From: Balanoglossus misakiensis
Lineage: Eukaryota; Animalia; Hemichordata
Assembly (NCBI GenBank): GCA_040954595.2
Contig: CM082596.2
Location: forward strand, 1,579,854 to 1,643,853
Direction of reading: 5' to 3'
Length of the DNA: 64,000 nt
Shown: positions 53,566-64,000 of the stretch, piece after piece
Layout of the letters: each line of letters begins with the position of its first letter
Numbering within the stretch: the stretch's first letter is position 1
Translations under genes and position numbers: made by a program
Notes under the pieces: model-generated
The model's database searches: none
Told to the model about the DNA's origin: nothing
What the model saw: the letters and a program-made list of their open reading frames with translations, nothing else

Positions 53566-54160
53566 TTAGAACTTCAATTTACTGCCTGGGAGTAGGATAA
53601 CCATGACTGTAATGTTGTCTTTAGATCCAGCTAACAATGCAGCGTGAACAAGTTTCTCGCTCATTACCTTCGCATACTGACAATACATCTCTTGTTTGGA
53701 CGGTGGTTCGGACATGCGTGACTGCATATACACTGAATGGATTTCAGTCACTGTGTCCACATCTGCTTCATGTCCATCATCGTCTTCGTCAACATCACGA
53801 GAACCGAATGACACCTGGCTGCCGACTTCTGTCTGTAAATCATCAGCTAATGGTTCACTTTCTCTACTATATCGGTTGCGGCGACTACTGCCACCTGAAA
53901 ACAAGCTGGCACTGCGTGAAATCATGGAGGTTTCGTCAAATTCTACCAGCTGTCTGCTCTCCCCTCCAGTGCCTTCTTCTAACTGTTCAGTTGCGTTTTG
54001 ATTTTTACTTGAACTACGTTCACCTTCACCATTCGAACCTTTCTCATGTTCATTGTTCTCTTCTCTGTCAATCGCTTCTTTTTCTTCAATATTCTGATCT
54101 TCTTTCTTCACTTTCTCGCTGTTTTCCTTCCCCTCTCTTTGCTCCATATCCTCGTTTGCA

Positions 54161-54191
<31 letters not shown>

Positions 54192-57100
54192 TGACACGAC
54201 TCTTGTTCGTTCTATCAACTGGCGCCATCCTGTGTTCAGGTGATTCCCGGATCTCTTCCAGGATTCCCGCTCTGGACTGTGAGGGCAGTATACTCGGCGT
54301 TCTCCTCGAAGTCAGGTCACCATCTCCCATGTAAAATGCCTCCGTCAGCTCTTCCTCCTGACCTGTGAATGACCTCTGTGACTTCTCACTCAGAGGTCGG
54401 AGGTCAGTATCCATGACATACTGTGAGTAAATGGACGGTGACATGGTGCTGGCTACTTGGCTCCGTTCCCTAGACCATAATACTTCCAAGTCTCTCCTGA
54501 TTCCAGTCGACGGTGGTTTTCCTGCATCTGCCAGTGCATCTTTCAGAAGGCTAACAGCTTCCTCTTCCGAAAACACCTCCCATACCCCATTGTTTGCCAG
54601 AATCAGAAACTCTGCGTACTGATCAATGACAACACTTGTTGTGTACGGCTCACAAATCACTGCCTTTTTGAGGTGCGGATCGCCGTGGTTACCAATACCA
54701 CGGGTGGTGTCAAGAACGCCATTGACCCTTGACCCCTTGTCACTCTCGGCAACACTGGCTCCAGCTTTGAGGACCCTCATTTGTTCATTGTGGTTGTTTG
54801 GAGTATGGTCTCTGGTCAGTCTATAGGCTCGTCCATTACGGCACAACACACCATGGATATTACCTGTAACAAATCAGATTGAAAAATAGCATCAAAGACC
54901 TAGAACTGTTTCTTGAACATGACTTTTAACAGGTGCCATTCAATTGCACCCCCATGTAGGTTGGCAGGTGTATGCCTAAGTGTTGACTAAATATATATGT
55001 CAAGATAAACAATATCTGTCAAACCAACCAAGGCAGTCAGAAGTAATGTTTAGCTTGTGTACCAGAGATTGTTTTGGATACCAACTATAAACAATGAAAG
55101 AAGTTTCAAATCGTGAAATGGAAAGAAGAAATTTGAAACGCTCCAGTAACATGATACAATAGACTCCAACCCAACACATACACACAATACAATTTGTTTG
55201 AATTTCTGCCGGCGTAGGAACACAATATCACATTTAGTGTGTAGTCAAACAGACAGACGTGATCAACACAATTGGAACATCACTTTTAACACACCCTGAA
55301 GTATTACTACATAACAATACAAGACAATGGGGCTACAAATCGTGCTGACCTTTCTTGCAAAGGTCAAAGTCTGATCATTACATGAGATAATTAAGTTATT
55401 ATTCTGTCCAATCGATCTAAATGCCTTTTTGTATATTAATATTTTTCCACCAACGCAGACTTTATGGACCAGTAGCTTGACGTCAGACATTTAATACAGG
55501 ACAGATCAATACAAAAAATCCAATTAAAACTAAAAGGAATATTGCTAGTTGTTCCGTAGCAACTAAAACTCGTCTATTGCAATCTACTAAATGACAGAGT
55601 CACATAGTTACAAGACTCAATAAAAAGACAAGGCCAGTAAACCTCCACAGTTTATCTCGACATCTGTCAACTGGAAGATGACACCTGTAGCTATTCTGTA
55701 TGCTTAATTAATAAATCAAAAAGTAAGAAAATATTTGCCTTCGACCCTATAAGATCATTAGATAAGTTAAGAGGATGAAATGGCTCAATTTAAACCAGGC
55801 CAAAAATTCTAAATTTCTCAGTTGCTAGTTTGATTAACCAAACCATATCCAAAACAGTCTAGTTTTAAAATAATTTATCGGTTGGCAATACATAGTAGGT
55901 AGTCGATAACAATTTCATGTTGTAGATTCATTTCAGAAGAAATGAATGAATATATATAAAGCTTGTTTCATAAATTTAATTGTTTTGTTAACTGGAGGGT
56001 ACCCTGTAGTTGGCTGTTTATTTGATTCAGAATGGAATGTTTGCAGTACCTGTGTTTGCAGTGTGTGCTTGGTGACTAAAACATGGAGTGTACTGTAAAC
56101 ACTGCCTTCAATACCCCCATGGAAATGGTTAGTTGTGATACATGTGTTGGGTTAAGATGGGAAGATTATGTCTCCCAAATGTTTCTGGAATTTAGACTTG
56201 TGGAATTGAATATTGAATTAAATGATTTACCTGCATTAGCGATGTGTATAATGCCTTTCTCTTCTGGAGGTTTGACTTGTTTTGATTTCTTGTCTGGGCT
56301 CACATCGTCATTTTCTTGATCAGCAGCGATACTGGTATCGTACTCGCAACACTGCTCGTCTGCTGTCATTTTCGTGTTCTGAATCACACACGCCAAGCCT
56401 GAGCAGCCACTCCACCTCACTCGCGACTTCTCGTCTTGCCCAAGCGTCAGTATCTGGTCTGTCTTCCGGTAGGCCTTTCGGAAAGCCTGTCCCATCTTCT
56501 CGGAGAATGGATCCTTCGGGCGCTTCTTCCGGCCAGATTTCACCGGAGTGTCCGTGTCAGCCCCGGTCAGTTTTTGCAAGTTGTCCTCGCAGGTGTGCAT
56601 AATTTGCTGAATGATATTGGTACTCTCTTCGTGAAGAACGTGTCTGATGCTGTCTTTCCTGATTCGTTGTTCTGGACGGTCAAGATTATACTCAGACAAG
56701 TCATTTTTCTCCACCATATTCAGAGTGCAGACACAAGACGTGTCAGGATCAAACTTTATCATCTCATGAAGCAGGTAATGGTGGAGATCATTGGCCGACA
56801 CTTCAGCAGCAAATCTCCCATGATGTCCGTCATAAATTCCAAAGAAACATTTATTGCCATCATTCCCGAAATAATCCTGGAAAACCCTGGTGTCTTCCAT
56901 GGTGGATTTCCACCGCTCATTCCCATCAGAGCAGATTCCAATTGCATGTACACAGTTCGGACTGCAGTTCAGACTAAGTCCCTCGGAATCAATGAGCACA
57001 TCCTCGCGGATTTGACGAAATTCTTCATAAGTGTCCTCTAAATACGCTTTCAATAACTCAAAAGCATCGTTATATTTCTGCAGTGTTTTTATCGGTAGAG

Positions 57101-57419
57101 GATTATCAGAATCAGTAGTTTTGTTCAGCTTCTTAATAATTTGTCGTCTCCTCTTCAATAATTCTTTCAAACTGCTTGGTCCGTTAGTTCCCTTGTAGTC
57201 GAATAATTCCAACGCTTTGTGATAAGTCCTGTGTTCTTTGAGCGACCTGACGTCAATATGGACATCACAGAGCTTGCACGACACCGTGATTTCAGGGAGA
57301 GTGTTTTCCATTATTTCTGTCTGCGGTGTTTCTGGTCTCCCGCGATAATCAAAGCGGTCACGCTGGTACGTCTGTGGCCTGGTAACACGGCCGGACACTG
57401 AAGAGTCTGTATCACTCAT
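53566..57419 (-). CDS. PP2D1: Protein phosphatase 2C-like domain-containing protein 1; 2 coding exons
   Basis: Exon 57419-56231 plus exon 54863-53566 (phase 1, ANAG|NIHGVLC). PPM motifs MEDT, YDGHHG, SGCSG, TRGIGN, LANNGVWE, SKDNITV; N-terminal CKLC...HRTYH; long acidic insert. Confidence 0.82.
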
Positions 57420-59148
57420 CTTTTATTTATGATCTAGCAACCTGTAAATAAACAGGCACATACCATTTTAACACAGGGAGGTACAGCACGAAAACCTTCC
57501 TACCTTCGGCGAAGGCAATGTGATTTAACATCTAATACAGTCTTACATTAGTAACAATTTACTGCTAGAAAAAATCTTTCAGAAACTGCACAGAAGAAAA
57601 TCTTCAAAAATAGTTCTTTTTATTATGTTCATTCAACTCAAAACAGACAGTCCCTCCTCAAGCAAACTAACATCTCTTGCGGCATAGCAATACAAACGTC
57701 CTAAATTATGCATGTTCCCATTGATTGGTTTTCCCAAGCGCCTGCCCGTCACTACCCCTCCCACCAATCCACTTAATGGATCCTCCACTTGACTGCACAG
57801 AATCGGCGATAGCTCCAATTTATTTCAAATTTCTTTTCTTCTGAAAATAATCTCTTTCGTTTGCTCAAAGATTACTCATGGTGAAGACCGAGTATTACAA
57901 TGTAGTGCTAGTAGAATGGTAAGAAAAGATTTCTCTGTTTATTCACTAGACAATGTCTTTCATTTCTCGTGCAGTAAACTTGCAGCCTAAACACAATAAT
58001 TCATTGTTGTCTTGCAAAATTCTTCAAATCTCACAGGAATCAGTCCTGAATGCGGCAAATCTCTCCTCAGTATAGCACTGAACTTTGAAGTCCCAACAGA
58101 CTGAAAACAAACAATCTGATTCACCACTGAAATCCATCCATCTTTTCTCTTTTTCGAACAATACACAACCTGTTTAAACAATCTATAGAAAAGCACACAC
58201 TATCTTTTCACAACCGTGGTACGCAATAGACTTTAATTCACCTGTATTCTTTTCTTTGCACAGGTATAATTTGATCTCTTGGAGGAAACCTAAAACTCTA
58301 TTTTGTAATACTGTGTACACTGAGAAGTACTTAGCTACCTTCTATTCAGTCTTATTATGGCCTGTTTACGAGGACCATCACTACAGTGACTGACGTTTTC
58401 TCAATGGTTTATGGTGTATTGACTATAAAAGGGCAGTGCTACTAAGCAAAGAGACACAGCAAAACTCCACCATTATTTTAGTAGATGCTAAACAACTTCG
58501 AAGAGATTTCTCAACAAGAGACACAGGGAATACCAATGATACTATGTTAACATCAACCACCTGTTGATGGAGACAGAGGCAATAGGTTTCTGATAATTTT
58601 TAAGATCATTGTTTCATTTGTTTATCACCAACAGTCTCTTGTTTACTCCTAAGGAAAGCTAAATTTCTGCTGGGCTTACAAATAGATATTTGACGAAGTT
58701 ACTAACCACTGTTTGTGGGGCTACTTAATATTCTAGAAGTAGCCATTATGTCAAAGGTCAACAGGGTCATTGACACAGGGTCATCTTACCAAATGGACCG
58801 AAACACGCTTTATACATCAATGCTGTGTATAAAGGTTTAGCCATTGTGTACACAATAGATACACCTTCCTGTTCAAAGGTATTGTGTTGGAAGTATCATC
58901 CAAACTTACACAAAATTATATACTTTCGCACTATAACAAACATAAGATACCAATGCAACTGGAAAATATTACAACAGGCTTTTTCATTTGTATATGGCAA
59001 AATCTAATTTCAAATCATGAATAAATAAGAATATCCTTTTATCAACAAAAAATCAAATTCCTGATTGGCAAACATAACATTTTCAATGTATGGCTCTGAA
59101 ATAGGCCTGGAAGCCAGCATAAACTAAATCGCATTGTCTGCCATGGTG

Positions 59149-59161
59149 GTTGCTAAGCAAC
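59149..59161. promoter_or_regulatory. RFX X-box-like palindrome upstream of PP2D1
   Basis: GTTGCTAAGCAAC matches the X-box consensus GTNRCY-N(0-3)-RGYAAC. Confidence 0.4.
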
Positions 59162-61852
59162 CAGCAGACATGTTGGCCATTAAATGGTTACACATGTACA
59201 TTTGCCCCTGTAAGGTTATTACATCTCTTTATATCCAATTCAATAAAGCACATAAAACACTTCTCTTCAGAGGTTACATTTTCTGAAGGTCTCAAAACAG
59301 CAATTCACATATATAGGAATGCATGTCTTTAATTGTATCAACAAAAAATAAGATTATTTTTGTTCAATTTCATTAGTGTTGATTTTTCTAATGTTTTGAT
59401 CAGGAAGATTAAGGTTAGATTTAAAGCAAATAACTCCCTGGACAATTGATGTTTGTATCAAGTTGTGAATGTTTATAAAAATCTGACTACAAATGCAGCT
59501 TGAAATAAACCCTGTCCGATGTCTTGTAACCAGCATTGTCCAGAGATCCACAAAAGAATGTTTTGTGTTTCCCGAAGATGGCCAAAGAAAACAAAATATC
59601 CCACTGGACGTGTTTGTCACAAACAAAGTCCACAATGTCGGTGCTCTAACAAGACACCACATGCAGAGTTAGTACGACAGGTTGACTCAATTATGAAAAC
59701 TGCCATGTTGGTTTCTGGGGTTATTTACATCTCTCATATGTGACACTTCCATTATTACCAAAACTAGCTGTAAAGTCAATCCCTCAATAACCCATTGTCT
59801 GTACTGCAGTGGCCAACATCCATGATGACATTCCTTGGATCTGCCCACAGTTATATTCTTTTAAATTTAAATCTGACTCAGATTAATTCAAGATGATTTA
59901 TTCTTCTTATTCAAAAATAATTAACTCTTTTTAGTTAATGAATTTTCTTAGTGGCGAGACAGAGGCTCTCAGTAACAAATACCACCTGTTGATTGGTGCT
60001 TTTTCCAAGTTTGTATCAAGACTTTAATATTTAATTAGCCTCCTTTCAAACACAGACCCCTCAATATACCACAAAACAATCACTTACAAAGAAACTGTCT
60101 TTAATAATTAATTGATTTGTGGCTGGATGTTCTCCCTTGAAACGGGCAGTGGGGCAAGTCCTGTTCGGACAATGTTTTTTGTTTGTTTGGCCATTGCTTC
60201 ACAAAATACACCAAATGAAACTCGAATGTTGGTTTACAACATTGGAAATGTATAGTCTGAAAGGCTTTGCTGGCTTTTGGCATTCTCTGAGAAGAAATGT
60301 CAGACAATGACATACCTATATGGGCATACCAATGGAGATTTGTAATAGAGAGGTTTGCAGTGGTTAGGGTAGTAGACGATTAACCTATCAAAAATTAATC
60401 AAAATTGCAGTATTGGTTTACAGCACAATAAAATCTGGGTACCACTAAACCGAAATTAACAAAATCAAGTGGTCTGACTGATAAATGTTTAACAAAACTT
60501 TGGCTAGGCGTATTAAAAACATAAAAATTGATCTCTTTGCATGATAATGAATTGTCACTGAGCATTATGTAATGTGACTAGTTAGATTAACGAGGGGTTT
60601 GACAACCTTTACGAAAAGAAGAACAGACTTTGGCTGGAACTTGAGCCTGTTAACTATAAGGTGTCCTTGTGGTTGATAGAGACGGGTCGTATACTCTAGA
60701 AATAAGAACAGAGTCACTCACCTCAGTCAAAGTGTGAAGGGACACCAGACCTCTATTTTCACACGTTGTGTACACACCGTTGCCAACCAATCAAACCGTC
60801 TGACAAAACTCCTTCCGCCTTCTCTCGCTAACTATCATAACAATGTAACGCCGTTTGAACTTCAGTTGTGTCGTCGACCATCTGTAGGTCTCTTCACAGA
60901 GTCGTGGTTACGGCTTAAGATCTGCACTTAACTCAACCAAACAACTTACCCGCTATTGTGTAAACTATGGCAATCAGGTAGAACAAGTCAGTCACCGGAA
61001 GGGCTGACAGGGGTTTAGGGACAGGTTTTCGTGGCTGTTACAACATCTAAACACACCCACTTACGATAAATGGAGATAACTCGAAACCGACCGAAAAACA
61101 CTTTCAAATAAGTTCATAAAAAGAGACCTTCATTTTGCTTTACATTCACCGATTTCTCAAACGTCTGGCATTTTATAATAAAAACACAAAAAGCCCCAAG
61201 ACGCATTGCATATACAAACTTCACCTCAGGAGGGAGGCCAAATAGAGACACCAACACGCCCACCAACGCGATTCTTTACAGCGCCCCCACGAGTCACAGG
61301 TATGCGCTCAGATTTTGGATCAAATCTGCTCAACATCCAGGCATAAAGTGACACGACTTTGATTAGCCTAATATCCTCCCAGCACAATCTTATCCGGTAT
61401 CACCATAAATTGTCACAAGAAAAAAACATTTATCAGCCACGATATATTATATCTTAAACCAAACGGATGCTGGCAGTCGCCAAAAGTGATATCCTGTTGG
61501 AAATTAAAGTGATCTACTTGTGGTTATCTTGCAAGATCGTTCAGAAAGGTGCCAGCTTATCAGATAACGAATTTGGGATGATCACGATTCAACAGGGTGT
61601 AATGATATCGTTCAGTTGTGTCCCATCACCCCTCGTCCGTTTGTCCAGTAAAATACCTACGCAACAGCGTCACGAATTTTGCGTCAAAAGAGCGAAAACT
61701 ATATCGAACGATGAAAGTTCTTATCGAGGATCGCATCTTAAGATGCTATCTTGCATATTTCATCTTCAGCGGTTGATAAATTCTGAAGAGCAGAGAGGCT
61801 CGACCACACACTCGATTTTTTCCGCATCAATCGCATCACTTTCTTCCACACG

Positions 61853-63147
61853 ATGCATTTGAAGATCACCGTTTTGCTTTTTTCAGCCATCGTCTGCGCC
61901 AAGATCTGCTCCACAGCCGGCATCGTCCAGTATGGTCAGACAGAAAAGCGAGGAACTGCAATAAGGCCAAATCCACCTGCCGAAGGGGCACTCTTGAGAG
62001 AATGGCAGCAATATCTTATCGCTCTGAAGGCCTACAGACGATACATCGACTCTCTGAGGTGAGTGCAGTTTGGATCTTATAGTTTACAGTAAAAAGTGAG
62101 ATATTTCGAAGAAAATTATATAGTTCATGCTGACAAGACAGTAGACTAGCACCATGCGATACTTATGCATCAAAACGCAGAACCATCTTGTTCAAATAAA
62201 ACGAGATTGCGAAGTTCTTTACTTGCATCACAAGCTAGGATAATTAAGCGGCACGAATTCCGCGAAAATAATTGTAAATTTAGAAATATCAGACATACTC
62301 CAAACTCTTTCCCTCATCGTCAAAATATTTCAATCACGGTATTCTACAGTAATGGGAAAACAGGGAATTCGTTCTGGGATATTAATTTGAAGTGAGTGGC
62401 AACATATTCCTGACACTTCTGCCATCATTTAATCGTGCAGAATCTTTCTTGGTGTCATCATACGAGTGATGACACCTGCAAGAGCGAGGCCAAGTAGTTC
62501 AGTTCCTCGATCACCATCATCACTATCATCGATCGTCTTATAAATATTCAGTGAGCGGAAAGCCGCACTACGATAGGGAAAGCGAAGATTTCCACTATCA
62601 GATAATCTCTGTTCACGCCATTTGAGTGATCATGATGAAACGTTTTCTATTTCCTTTCCATTTATCTGAAGAGAGCTACTTATTAATCCTAGAGGATGCT
62701 ATAATCTCGCCAATGGTAAAGAATTCCACCAGTCACATAGTGTTCTGGCAATGTATGATACATATGCGCGAAGATCATCGGATGAAAGTGTGGTAAAAGG
62801 CATTCATTGGAATCTGTCTTCGAAATTGCTCAAGTTGACAACTAACATGTATTTTATTAAAACCTGTAGGTACGGACGCAGTGTGCGCGCACAGTCCACT
62901 TTCGCCGAAGAATACTTAGATGATGGGGCGGAGAAAACAGGCGGTAAAGACCTGAACATCGATGAAAACTCTATCGACACAACAGACCCTGAAAACAACA
63001 AGAAGTTATGGACGTCGGTACTTTTGTAAGTAAGTCATTGACAGTAAACTTGAAGTAATATTATTCTAAAGAAAAACTTCAATCTTGTTGATGGAATGAC
63101 TTCAGTATCTACCCTTGTTCTCATTCGTATTCCTTTGTTCCAGATGA
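61853..63147 (+). CDS. NPY: Neuropeptide Y / neuropeptide F-type prepropeptide, 121 aa, three coding exons
   Basis: Exons 61853-62058, 62870-63025 and 63144-63147. Signal peptide MHLKITVLLFSAIVCAKICSTA, KR site, 37-aa GTAIRPNPPAEGALLREWQQYLIALKAYRRYIDSLRY, amidation signal G-R, acidic C-terminal peptide; phase-2 intron inside the Arg codon (AG|G); AATAAA at 63362. The symbol reflects family assignment, not proven 1:1 orthology. Confidence 0.85.
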
Positions 63148-64000
63148 GAAGCCTACTTCATCTGCTCTGAAGAGGCGCGGTACGTCTTCATCGACTCAAG
63201 ACATCAGCAACGTGGGAAACCTTTCATTGATTGGATTCCGGAGCAAAGTGATTCTTTAGTTTTTGACTTTCACTTTACATGCATCGGAAGAGAGAAAAAT
63301 AAGTGATCAAAAAACTTTTTCATGTATGATGTACGACTCCTGTGTTCAGTGCCTTCTGACAAATAAAGGCTTGATTTCCATTCTATGTACCTAACTTTTG
63401 CAAAGTGTATTTATTGGTCTGACTGTGAGTGAAAGGGTGGTGTTCTCTGAGACTTCAACTAATTGTGTGGAGTGAATGTATGTGGACCTTGTGTACACAT
63501 CACCCAAAAGACACACCAAAGAAACAAGATGTCTTTACCATAGGCTTTATTGTCTGTTGTATACAGTCAGAAGCATTATTATAAAAGCATCATTACATGC
63601 AACAGACACCATTGCAAAAGAAGGCCAACTGAAGACTTATACAAAATGGGTCTGATTGTTACTGTCCCAAACTACTGCACGTCATTACACAAGAAATGTC
63701 ACGACATCTCTGGCTACAGAATTGTCACCTGCTAGTGGTTGGGAATTTTTGGAATGGACATGCTGCCCCACCTCCCGACTGACACCAACCCCCCTTTCTG
63801 CAGTAACTTTGATCCAACCCAGTTGTGTTACAATGTAATGAGGGTGGGTTGGTTGGACCCATACAAAAGGGCAGAGGGAGTGGAAGGGAGTGTTTTAAGG
63901 CTGACACACAAACATTGTCTGTCATGGGGTTTTTATCTGCTTGGAGCGTTTCCACGACTGCTGGGACCTAATCTGCCACAACTTGCATTCTACAGCACCT

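Noticed and set aside
53637-57041. Long plus-strand ORFs (185 aa, 201 aa) overlapping PP2D1
   Set aside because: Antisense shadows of a long coding exon with no domain features.
61853-62879. Alternative assignment of the neuropeptide as PrRP/sNPF, luqin/RYamide or another RFamide type
   Set aside because: Single 37-aa peptide with NPY-spaced Pro/Tyr/Leu residues and an intron inside the terminal Arg codon favours NPY/NPF.

Overview
Eukaryotic (spliceosomal-intron, AT-rich) animal genomic DNA. Gene content and style suggest a non-vertebrate deuterostome, possibly a hemichordate; that assignment is inference. About 0.1-20 kb is non-coding and looks like the multi-exon 5' leader, introns and regulatory region of a minus-strand gene whose CDS starts at 105 and leaves the window. 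A compact gene block follows: ALDH2 (-), a MOXD1/DBH-like copper monooxygenase (-), a signal-peptide JmjC + EF-hand protein ending in HEEL (-) head-to-head with TPGS1 (+), a B-box-less RING/filamin/NHL TRIM (+), an intronless cytosolic sulfotransferase (+), TAF5 (-) head-to-head with a 25-codon three-exon RPL41 (+) that the ORF track misses, and PP2D1 (-). The most notable element is a spliced NPY/NPF-type neuropeptide precursor (+, 61853-63147). It encodes a 37-residue RY-amide that aligns without gaps to NPY and has the diagnostic phase-2 intron inside the Arg codon of the C-terminal RY. Several small MITE-like elements and simple repeats are also present. Gene models were spliced by eye; no database searches were run.
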